Of a stretch of DNA of 64,000 bases, positions 1 to 12,900 are shown in pieces. Both the position numbers and the translations under genes were made by a program. The notes beneath the pieces were generated by a model. The model searched no databases, was not told the DNA's origin, and saw only the letters and a program-made list of their open reading frames with translations. The first letter of the stretch is position 1, and each line of letters starts with the position of its first letter. The DNA is from Schmidtea polychroa. Lineage: Eukaryota. The DNA lies in assembly GCA_044892525.1 (NCBI GenBank), contig CM097886.1, forward strand, positions 183,074,312 to 183,138,311. The letters run 5' to 3'.

Positions 1-749
1 AACTCGAATTATATATTATAAAACTATAAATATTATTAATAATAATCTTTCCATTTTACAAAAACCGTGTTTTAAAGTTTTCAAGGGTTTCTTGTTTTTT
101 CGTTAATAGAGCGATTTTTCGTTGGAGTGGAACGTGACTTTCCCAAAAAAGAATGTGTCCACTGTGTCCATTAAATTATTATTATTATTATTGTTAATAA
201 AAGTATAATAAGAAATAATTCATGTTGAGGACAAATTGAAGACCGTGTGATTCAATATGAAACAAGTATTGAACATTATTATTTTTTTCTGAAAGTTTAT
301 TATATATTAAATAAACCTTGCAATATTTTATATTTATCTCTATTTATGTAATATATGTCTAATTCTCATCAGAATTGGAAACAAAGTTGACATGTGCATT
401 TGAACAGAAACACCAGGCTACATTGTCGAAACATTTGATAAGACTGTTTCTATATAAATATTTACGAATATCATCAATGACCCTTCCCGCTAAATTAAGT
501 CTAGAAATAAATTGCCAAGTGTGAAATATAGGATATATCAGATTAATAATATCAGTAATAAATCTGTAATATCAGAATATCACTAACTAATCAGTGCTGA
601 CTTGTTTATTTATTTAAGATACCAAGTTGAGTTTCTAGGAACCTCAACATTTGTTTAAATAACCAATTGAACAAAACGAGGGAGATTTCAAAGGTGAAAG
701 AATTTATTATATAAATTTTATTATTTAGTTTTGATTAAATATCACAATT

Positions 750-900
750 TAATCAATAATTTATCCAGAACAAATTATCAATAAAATAAAATCAATAATT
801 TATCCGGCACAAATTATCAATAAAATATAATCAATAATTTATCCAGCACAAATAATCAATAATTTATCCAGCACAAATAATCAATAAAATATAATCAATT
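750..900. repeat. 39-bp minisatellite, about 3-4 units, just 3' of the ANK-RING gene copy 1
   Basis: Unit CAAATTATCAATAAAATATAATCAATAATTTATCCAGCA with variants and one shortened unit. Confidence 0.85.
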
Positions 901-927
901 GTGAAAGCCAGTGAAAAATCCAAAAAA

Positions 928-3900
928 TTAATTGAAAAACATTTTAGTCCTAGTGACGATGCCAGCCTTACAGAAGGGGCATTCAAATAACTCCATGGAG
1001 CAAGCATTACATGTCAAATGGCCACATTGGAATCCAATTTCCACATTATTACCTGAGCAAATTTGGCACATCTAAATTGCAATAAATCAATACAAATTCA
1101 TCATATAATCTTACTGGTATTTCCTTATCATGTTCATTTCCTTCATTATCAGGTCTGGCAGTGTTTCTGTGACATTTCTCGATCTCCCCCTTAGCAACAA
1201 TGTCTGTGCACGCATCAATTATCCGCTGGCCACGTGACGTCCTCTTATAAATGTCACCGCCCAATGAAATTATCATTTTAATAGCTGAGATTAATTTCCT
1301 TTTAGAATTTGCCTAGAAATCGATCAATGCGATAAATCAATAATCAATCAATACATTATTGGCAATCGATATTTTCTCCAATAATTGTGTCAGCGCACAT
1401 TTGCCGCTTTCATCCTCACCATCGAATTCCTTTGATTCAGTGATCAATGCGTTCACCAGTTCCATTTCTCCCATTTCAATTGCAATTTGGAGAGGAATTT
1501 GATTCCTTATGTTTCGCAACATGACAAATTTCCCTTGATTTACCGAATCCAATAATTTCCATGCAAATTCCATCTTCCTTTCTTGCAATATAAATGTGAA
1601 TAAATTTTCACCGTTTCCAAATGTTCTCGGTGCCGATATTTCCGTTTGTATCAAATGGTCAAATAGCTCGATATCATCACTATATACAGCTTTGTAAAGG
1701 AGATTCTCTATAACCGACTGCTGCAATATGGAACTAGATTTATTGAATAGTAATCTTATTAGGTTAGCTCCACAAATCTCGCATGATTGGAAGGTATCCT
1801 TAGATATAGCTGACCGCAAAAAATTGTCAGGCAAAAGCTCAATCAATGCTTTTGCATATGAGAACCACTGATTTAGGAAAGCCGTTTGAAAATCATTTGA
1901 AGTGAAATTTGTCAATCTCGGCTGATTGGACACGAGTGCAAGCATTAATCTGATAAATTGATTTATTAATATATTTCAATAAATTCTACTTTTCACTTCC
2001 AATATTCGATGCCAATTGGAAAACAGTGATCCCATTGGTTGATTTGACATTGGCATCTGCTCCGTGTGCAATCAATATATTTGTGATATCGATTAATTTA
2101 TTCAAGTTCTAAAATTGATATTTACAAGCCAATCAAAATATATCATTACATCATCATTGATATCAATTGGTGGCTCGACAAGCATCTCAAACAATGGAGT
2201 GCTTCTCAAATTGTTAACACTGTCAACCTGTGCTCCAGCATTGAGTAGTGAACTGCACATATTTGGTTTCAGGCATTTCACCGCGAGATGCAGCAGTGAA
2301 TTGTTGTCACCATCATGAGCATTCGAACTACTTAAATCGAGTCGTTCGAGAAAACACGGAAAAAGAATTCCATGAAATTTCATTGACAATGTTAACGCGT
2401 TTTCATAGCAAGTCAAAGAAATTATTGATTGTGCAAATGGAATAACTGAAAATAATGAAATTCATTAATATTAATTGAATCATGTGTCTTTTATGGCTCA
2501 TTACACATCCCATTCATTTACTGCTTTAAAAAAATTGTTAAATTTAAGTTATGCAAAGTGATTTGATCAGTTATTATTAATTTATAATAATAATTAAATA
2601 TAAAAAAATGGGAAAATATTTTTAATTCCAGAATTTAAATTTAAACAAAATAAGTATAACATTAAGAAATGAAAATATTATTTACATTATAAAAAATCCA
2701 ATAAATACACGAAAGTAAAAATCTTAAACATTGTGAAACATTGCAAATTCATTCAATTTTTTAAATAGGTCAACTTAAAAATTTATAGATTTTTCGATTT
2801 TCAAGGTTTTAACGAAAGTTCAATATTAATATTGATTACTTTGATTCTCCCGGTAATTTTATGGAATCGACACCAGCGTAATCTGAAACACAGCTTATGA
2901 CATTTTATATTTTTGAATGGCAACTAGTGTTTCCAAATTACCCAAATTACAATTCTATATTAAATGCGTTTATTCATTGCAACGCAAAAAATCAACACAC
3001 AGGTAAGTTTTTATGTTTATATAATATACACGTATTTTTTTTATTTTTACATTATGGATGAGTTTATTCAATGCATCGGGTTTTGTGACAATTTTCTGTG
3101 ATTTTCTGTGTATAAAGTTTGTGATTGAATTGAATATTTATGCGCGTTCATTTGATTAATTTATTGTGGGTAATGATTCCAATGGCTGTCTGTCCACAAT
3201 TATATTTATTAAACCCGATATTATTCTAGCTTTTGTTTTACTATATTGAAATTTAGAATTAAACTTTTTGTAACAATTAATTTATCAAAAATTAAAATTT
3301 TATTTTTCAGTTTTTGCTATATTTTTACATTTTTATTGGTTAATAAGAATTTGCAATTTTAATTTCAAGCTTTTACAGCAATTCCTGATAAATCTCTTTT
3401 TAATACTTTTTCAAAATTTAAACTTCTTTGAATAAGCTAAATTATATTTAATTGTTTTATTAAACAATCATGAGTTATTTTCTGGTTTCCATATAATGAT
3501 TTGCGGCTTCCTGGAAATGGTCTCATAGAAATCTGGATTCAACCAGATAAAGATTTTTTCAAGCTGCCATCATAATTATTGTAAGCTTTTTCAATTTGTT
3601 TTTCATTTGTTATTATTGTTATAAATTATTGAATATATGTTTAGGAATTGTGATGTAAGCCTTTATGATACGTTCGTCTATGTGTACTAGTTATTGCATG
3701 TATACATATATTTGACCTACTTTTTTAATAACTTTAAATATACATTTCAGCAGAAGACACAAGCCGTTATGATGATGCGAGTCTGACCTAAATAATATTT
3801 GAGTTGACCTACATAATATATAAGGCCAAAACAGCCTCAGCAGGTCGATCAGTGGTGCTGTCATGATGGAAGCATATCTACTACTTATAGCAGCCTTTAT

Positions 3901-6900
3901 TCATTGGCAACAGGTGTAATCATTGTAGATCCTGATCCTGAACCAATTAAAATATGGATCGCGTTGATTATTTGTTGGAATTGCTTGTTGAGTGCGCACA
4001 CAGACACGAGGCAATGTTTGTGTGTTGGTGCTGGCTATTTATTATTTGTGGGTTCTGGAAGGACATTATTATTGGTTGTTTGGATGAACTAATTGGATCG
4101 CTTTTGAATATTGATATTTTGTTTGGTTCATAAAACTTGCTAATGGTTAGGGCTAATAAATCAGGAATGTGCAAAGGTGGATTTGCCGGAGGTGATGCTT
4201 CATGAGCTGTGGTGCTCTCAATTGCTGGGCGCATTCTAGACATGGAGGTTTGACAGATTATTTGATGGCAATACGAACAGGATGATATTACAGGTTTATA
4301 ACCACAGCGCAAAGGAGAATTTGTTCGAGATATTAAAGAACAAATGTGTTTCATTGCTCTTGTTGTTGAGCAAGCAATGCAGGCTGCTGCTTTATCATCG
4401 CTTCCTGATGAGTTATGAACTACCAGATGATCAATTTATAACCATTGGAAATGAAATATTGAGATGTCCAGAAGCTTTGTTACATCCATCGTTCTTGTGA
4501 ATGGATATTGTTGGTATTCAGGAGGCAACTTATGACAGCATTACATTTTCTGCAGGACTAAAAAGATATGATTTGATCCTTCCGTAATGCTTCTAGAATC
4601 TAGATGTTCCCGTGGCATTGTAACCAATGACCAAATAATAACCAAATCAAACATTTCATTTGGCACTCAAAATAATTATTTCACAGAAATTATTTCTATT
4701 TTCTTTAACAAATTAATTAAAAGTTTTAGTTTGATAAAGTTTCACATCAAAACAAGTATTAATATCGAAATAATAAAAGCAGATCGATTGCATATTAATT
4801 TGAATTAAATCAATTAATTAATTAATCAATTAACTAATAAATAATTTACCATTTTCATTTCCGGAATATCGATTAATATTCTGTAAATAATAGAAATATA
4901 AAATTCAAATCAAATAAATTGTGACATTTCCTCACCTCAACAGATCTCACAACATCGGCACCCCGGTTCACCAGTTGAGCACAAACATTTACCATCCCTC
5001 GAATAACTGCACAGTGTAGGCCAGTCAACCCCATCTATATCTCACATAATTATTCAATCAATAAACAACAAATCTCACAAATCCAGCATGATCAATATCA
5101 ATTGATCGATCTATCAAATATTCACAATTGTCCTCCAATCCACTCGCAATCGCCTCATGCAATGGAGTTTGTGAATACTAAATAATGCCAATATATCAAT
5201 ATCAATATTGAATACTCTATTGAATTACTTTGTTTTGTGTATTGGTATCGATCTCAAATTGCTGCAATACATTGATGCATTTCCTATGATGCAGCGAATG
5301 GGCCAAGGCCAATGCAGTCCCCATTGTCTACAAATATATTGATTTGATCATTTCAATAAACACATACTTCATTATTTGCATTGATATCTACAATGTCCTG
5401 ATTATCTAGTATAAATTTGGTCATATCGGCATCATTATCAGATATTGCTGTGTGTAATATGGTGAAATTGACCTTGATAATAAATAAAATTAATTATTGA
5501 TTTTGCATTATTCTGATGCACCTTTTGTCGTGATTCCATCAGAATCATTCGTTCTTGTATTTCTTCTTGTATTTCTACGAATCCTTTTTCCTTTGCTTTG
5601 TCAATGGCCTTGATCCATAACTGAATGATGAAATCAATGCTGATTTAATCAATTTCATCTCAAATTAGTTAATAATAATAATAATAATAACAATAATAAC
5701 ATAAAACAGGTAAATGATAAGGTAAGCATTTGCTGCAAAATCTTTATTAAGTGAGAAAATTATTTATATAAAATAATTCAATTCGATCTTTCATAATTTT
5801 GCTTCAATGTTGAAATGCTTGCACGATTTCTTTTTAATTCATTTCTGCCTTTTATTTGTTGAAAATTGATTAATTAAAATTACTGAAATGTAAAGCATAA
5901 AATATTTACGTGTTGACATATTTGAAAATATGTCCTACCAGTCAACTCAGGAAATTATTCACTATAAAATAGCGCTTAAAAGATTTCAAATATCTCAACT
6001 GGTTCTACTGTAACTGATGTAAGCGCTTAGGAACACTAATCCCCTAGCCATGGGATATATTAGTCGCTATCATATTATTAATATATTATTATCATATCAG
6101 ACTATTATCATATTATTAATTTTGATCCCAGAAATTATTTGTCTGAAACATTTTTAAAAACCTGTTTGTATGTATCCAATAGTAACAAATTATTACTATT
6201 ATTATTATTATAAGAACTTATTTTAAAAATTTTACCACAGATTTCCATTGACATTATATTTATTTAAAAGCTTGACTATGAATCAGTAAATATATCGATA
6301 TAATTGATATTCACGAATTTTCGACACCGCCTTTTTCAATTGAATTATTATTATTAATATGATTTGACATAATGAAATAACAAAATTCAAAAATGTATTT
6401 TATCACAATTTTTAATTATTTAAACAAAATTAATATTTTGGTAAATGGTTTTGTGTGATTAATGCTTTTCTAATCACAACAATTCACTCCTCCTAATTTG
6501 ATTGCTCTGCTGGCTATGGACGATCAACTGATAAATTCTCTAATACATAGCTTGAAATATTTTGGCTGCTTTTCTAATAGACGAAACGGACCATTATATG
6601 GAGCTTCTAATGATTTCCATACATCTTTTCTCATGTACACGAATTCACAATCCTTAATATATTTATTGATCGTCATACAGTCTTGCAATGGTCTTTCGAT
6701 TATTCTGAAGCTCTCAATAATTTCTTTAAATTGATATGGAGAAGCTTCTATTTAGGAATTAAAAATAATTCCTGGTACAGCAAGATCACATTCAAATGCT
6801 TTTTGTGTCGGAGAATAACCTGCTGAATCCCGACTGTTCCTTATCGTTAACAGTACCTGAGGTAAAACGTCAAACTTTTAATTTAATTTTATTCATTTTA

Positions 6901-9900
6901 TTAATTTATTATTAATTTTATCCATTGAAGCCATTTCTTGAGATTTTAGTGTCTGATGGAATTCTGCAACTTTACAATTGGCTTGGGAATGATAAGCGCA
7001 TGTTTGATTTGTATTTATTTCAAGAAAGTTGAACATATACTGGAATAAAGAGTTTGTAAATTGATCTGTTACAATTTCAGATGGGATTCCATATCGGGAA
7101 ATCCCCACTTCAATTAGTGATTTTGCCACAGTTTCTGAATCTATATATTTAATGGCCAATACCTCAGGGTAATATGTTTAACTATCGATCATTGTTAGTA
7201 GATAGGACTTCTCGTTATTTGCTAGGAAGATTTGCAATTCTGCTTTGATATGACGATATACTTTTGATTTTAAGCAGGAATCGCGTTGCTGACACAACAT
7301 CTGGACATCCTTTGTCATCTTGTGTCATGTATATGAACTCAACATCAATATCTTGGCCATTCGTATTTCTGGATGAGCGACATATTTGGGTATATAGACA
7401 GTACTGTGCGAATTAGTGTGAATATGAAATAATTTACATGTTTTATCATCTAGTTATACGACCATGTCAAAATTAGCTCCAGTTTAGTTTTACTGTTCTT
7501 ATATTTGTTGTGTAATAACGTATTGGAGTTTACAGACGTGTTGTTATAGATAATTTAGTAAATTCTATTGTGCTTCCTTTAATTTTTTACTAAGACTATC
7601 CAAACTATTCTAATCTTTGTTTCTTTCTTATTTTAAAAGATGAATGTTTCTCCCAAGAAGAGCACAAAAATTGTTACCTTAAGTGAACACATCAATGTAT
7701 CAAAGAGATATTGCCAAAGAGTGTGGTGCGAGTTTAGGAGCTGTAATCAACATTTTAAAACAAAAGAAGGAATTTGAGACGGTTTAGGCGAATAGAAAAG
7801 GAAAATGTGGAAGGAAGAGGAAGACAATAATAGATGAATTTATAATAGGAGTAAGTAAATTGAATTCTAGAGAAAATAACCAGCAACTTCAGAAAGGCTT
7901 AGCACATGGTGGAGTTATTATTCCCGATTCCACAGCTTGACAATGGCTTATCAAAGTTAGAACAAGTCTAATAGACCTCAAAAAAAAACAATTATTGAGC
8001 TTTGTTTAAAAAAGTGACAACGAAAACTTTACGACAGCTCATATCAATAGAATCATTAAACGCGATAAGGACGATGTTTTGATCTGGTTATTGTATAAAG
8101 GTACCGGATCCCTTGTGTCGGTTGAAGGCATGATAAAGGCGCTTTGTTTAATTTGTAGAAATATCGTAGCTGTTTTTAAAGATTATAATTTAAAACGGCA
8201 TTATTTTCAAAAATATGTTTCCACGTATGATGATTACGACGGAATGTATCGTAAAGATAAAGTAGCTGGACTTAAGGAAAATCTGTTTTCTCAACAAACA
8301 TTTTTCAAGAGAATTGTCACTCAAAATTATTCTGTCGTAAAAATCAGTTATGTGGTAACAAATATAATTGCAAAGAAGTCGAAACCCTTCACAGATCGCA
8401 AATTTATTAAGTAATGTTTGGAAAGTCTAGCTGACATTATTTGTCCAGATAAAAAATCAGACATATCAAAAATCAGTTTATCGCAACTAACTATAGGAGG
8501 ACGAATTAAAGATATTCAGGACACCTTTGTCCATTGTGAGGCGTTTTGTAATTTGTATTTAAATAATGGTATGATGTTGTGCTTGTTTGATTGTATGCTG
8601 AAATCCTTACTTATACATTAATTATTATTTTTTAGAAACTCATAAAACAAATTAACGTTATAATTTGTTTTAATAATATTTGTGTTTTTATAATAAACGT
8701 GTTTTAGTTATGGATTCTATTAATACCCGTAGCTCTGTGGCTAATATGGCGACGACGATTGCAAATTTTATCAAGCCACCAGAAACATATGACATGAATT
8801 CAGACGTGGAAGATTTTATCTTAGAAACGGAACGATTCTTCGAGATGACAAATATTGTCGATGAATACAGAAGCAAATTCGTCAAAGCTTTTCTATCAAT
8901 CAATTCAACGAAGAAATATGAGTTGACTAATGAAACTCTGCATTATACAGAAAGATTAAGAAACGCTTTTGCTAAGAACAGAAGTCTTATCGATGATCTC
9001 AACGAAGCGCTAAATTATCGTCAAGGAAATGAGGCTGCCGAAGAATTCTGCTCAAAAATTGAGAAACTTGCAAAAAATATTTTGAAGCATAAACTTGATG
9101 AAGAAGAACTAAAGAAATTTTTGCTATTCAATTCGCTTGAAGATAAAGAAGTTAAAAAAGATCTCAAAATGCAAGATTTAAAATCATTTGATGAAATGAA
9201 AGAAAGATTAAAGAGACACGACCAAGTTTCAAAAGAAATTAATGTATTTCATGCTGATGTAGCTTCAATGAATAAAACACAACGCTATGCTGATGCTGTT
9301 AAGAAGAGCTTACCAAGATATAGTTATGATAACAGATCAATTCGAGAACGAGAAGCTAATCCCAGATTCAAAGATGAATATAAAAGAGAACCTCAACATA
9401 ATCCAAGATTCAAAGGCGATCTTACCAGAGAACATCGATATGCTATTTCAAATGAATGAAAACCTATGAATAGAAGTAAGCCTTATAATACCAGGGAATT
9501 TCATTCGCGAGATCATGTCCAAACAAATCAAATTTTGCGATGTTGGGCGTGCCACGAAGAAGGTCATAGAAGATCTGAATGCCCCAATATTCAATGTGCC
9601 CATTGTAAAAGATCTGGACATTTCAAACATCAGTGCCATGAGTTATTTCCAGGCAGACGTCGAAAATTCCATAAATCAGTGGCTGCATTCGGTGACGAGG
9701 ATTCAGAGGCTGATTTTGAGTACCCAAATGGGAATGCTCCACCACACGAGGAGGTGATCGGAGCAATAAATTAAAGGTAATTAATGATATGAGTAAGGGT
9801 TGTATGATTTTGAATGATTGTGATAGGTTGAATGATTGTGATAGTTTGAATGATAACTGTTGTGATGGTGTTTTTGATTATAGAAATTATATTAATATAT

Positions 9901-12900
9901 ACATTAATAAATTTTGTATGGATGAAGTTTTCAAAGACCCACCCCTAACTTCTAATGAACTAAATGTTCTTAATCGTGATAAACGGAATGATATAATAGT
10001 ATACGATAAAATGCAGGGAAGGCCCAGTGTTACCGTAATGATTAATAATGTAAAATTAGTATGCCTATTAGATACTGGAGCTAAAATAAGTGTGATTGAT
10101 TATAATATTTTTAAAATACTTGGAAATTTGAATATGACTACAAGTAATCTGAAATTAAGATGTGCGAATGATAGCCCGATTGAAATTTGCGGTAAAACTT
10201 TATTAAATGTAAAAGTTGATAAAATTTCTGATATTAAAAAAGTAGAATTCGTTGTAGCCAAAGATATAAACCCAAAGTTGATAGGAGGTATAGATTTTCT
10301 CGAAAGATTTGGAATGCAATTGCAAATAGAAAACCGTACAGACGAAATAAATACAATTATGGAAAATTCATTTAATAACCACATAAGTGAAGATAAGATT
10401 ATAAATAATTTAATTTCCACGTTTGACGGTATTTTTATGAAACATAAATGGGATGTTGGAAAAACCGAACTATTAAAGCATGAAATACTTACTAAAGGTA
10501 GTCCGATTGTAATAAACCCAAGACGACAACCTATACATTTAATAGAAAAAATTGAAGAAAATATTCAAGAAATGTTGAAATATGGCATTATATATGAATG
10601 TACATCTCCTTGGAATTCTCCATTAGTATGTGTTAAAAAGAAAAACAGTAGTGATATAAGAATATGCTTGGACTACCGTGCTTTAAATAATATAACCGAA
10701 AGACCTATTTTTCCCATTCCAAATACTGATGAATTATTAGATATTCTTGACGGAGCAAAGTTTTTCTCGACAATTGATTTAGGCAATGCTTATAATCAAG
10801 AAGAACTCGATGATGCATCAAAATTGAAAACAGCATTTCCGACAAAAAGCAAGCAATATTACTTTAACAGAATGCCATTTGGAATAGCAGCCGCACCAGC
10901 AACATTTCAAAGACTTCTCGTTTCCGCCAATGGAACATTAGTAAAAAGACTACACACATCAAACGAAACCATCATTTCATCATCAGAACTTTTCTTCAGT
11001 GCAGCAATGAATGAAGCAAATTCAAAGCTATCCTTACATTCGAACTCAGACGCCATTAAAGGTTTTAATAACCCATCCAAAAATTTGGCAATTTTATATT
11101 GAGCGGTTCCTACCATCGATAACACTGGTCTCATAGACATACCTGCTTTATGTACTTTTGGAAGACCATAAAACTGGTTTATATACAACGCCTGATAGTT
11201 TTTGTGAGTTTAAATATAAAAGGAATATGGTGAGAGGATTAGTGTTTCGTGCTTGGTCACTATCCTCCACGTTTGCTAATTCAGTAAAAAGTATTGATGT
11301 ATTAGTTGAGTTGTTACTTAAAAATGGCTACTCTAAATCTTCTCTTGAGAAGATGACAAAAGTGACCGTGGATAAGTTAATGTTTAAATCTGATAACGTT
11401 GGTATGCGTACGTCTGAATCTGAGGTACCTATTGATCCTGAGGAAAGAACTATGTTAAATTCGGAAAGTGACAAGAATCGATCCAATCGCATGGAGCAGA
11501 AATATGTGTTAGTATTGCCTTATTCGGAGGGTTTCAGAGAATTTAAACATAAAATTCTCAAATATGTAGACAAGGATCAATTCAGGATTGTTTCCACTTC
11601 TTGCAAAGTTAGCAGTATGTTTACTAGTAAATGTCCAACGCCAATTGGTTTGTGTTCTGAGCTCGTGTATCAATTTTCATGTAATGGGTGTAATGCCATA
11701 TACATTGGAGAGACTGCCCGTCATCTCTGCACCCGAGTTCTTGAACACTGTCGACCAAAAGGATTGACTAATATTAGTAATCATGTTAGGAAATGTGTCA
11801 GTAAAAAAATAGGTATCTCTGATTTTAAAATTATTTCAAAAGGTTTAAGTAATTATTGGGAACGAGTAACTTGTGAGGCATTGTTGATTAGATATTTAAA
11901 TCCAAAAATAAATGATCAAGTTGCCCGTTCCACGGAGAATTTGAATGTGTTTAAGTAATTGAAGGATGAAGGTTGGGAGTCGTGTTTGTGGTATAATTAT
12001 GTTTGTGTTTTGTAAACTATGTAATTTTTTTTAAATTTCTTAACTTTATGTTGAATGTTAAATGTTATTAAATTAAAATTTAATTTTAAAATAATATGTA
12101 TGTGGGGCTATGTAAAATATGGTTTGGTTTTTTAAAATATTGTTTTTGAAATATTTTTTTTAAAATTTTTGATACAGTTTGGAGATGATTATTATTAGTT
12201 AATTTGTTTAGATATTGCATATTTTATGTCTTATTATTGATTATCCAGATTGCGGCCTGACGAAGATTGTTGTACAATTGAAATATATCGCGTTTATGTT
12301 GAATTTATTGAGTTGGCATTTCTGTATTATTAAATCATTGCCACGTTTTTTTGATTATTAATAATAATAATAATATTAATTATTATTATCATAACAATCA
12401 CTAAATGATGGCAGCGATTTAAATATAAATAAAACGACAATCCAATATTAATAACTTTTTTTTAAAATTAAGAAATAATGAAATAACAAGTGATTATAAA
12501 GTAAAATTATTTATTGGTATATTTTGGATAGAAAAATAGAAATCGTTAATGAATTGCATAATTATATCTTTCTTGAATGTTGCTTTTTAAATTGCGTCTT
12601 TCAGAAGCTAGAGATATTCGTTTGAATGAGAATGCAAATGCCTTTATTGCTCTATTGATGCTAAATGTGCTAATGTTCATTGGAATTATTTCATAAACTT
12701 GCGTTCGAATTGACTCTGATGTTATTGAAACATCCTCAAGAAAAAACCTCACGCAAATTCTTTTTCAGGCGTTAACAGTTTTCCTTCGTGGCTTTTCGTT
12801 GATTCAATCCTTCCACCTTTTTGTATACACGGATAACACTCGCAACTGTTTGGTAATTTATATTTAATTAGTTTGAAATTTCTTTTATGCTTTAGCTGGG

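Noticed and set aside
928-1071. Mind bomb orthologue
   Set aside because: The RING is similar, but I see no MIB/HERC2 or ZZ domains, so no gene symbol is assigned.
2990-3010. ACACACAGGTAAGTTT shared with the MITE interior (about 35211-35226)
   Set aside because: A 16-bp match built on a splice-donor consensus in AT-rich DNA, with no extended similarity.
9457-9459. In-frame TGA in gag as readthrough, selenocysteine or an alternative genetic code
   Set aside because: The element is truncated and decayed; neighbouring remnants have all three stop types and the intact host gene uses no in-frame TGA. A nonsense mutation predating the duplication is simpler.
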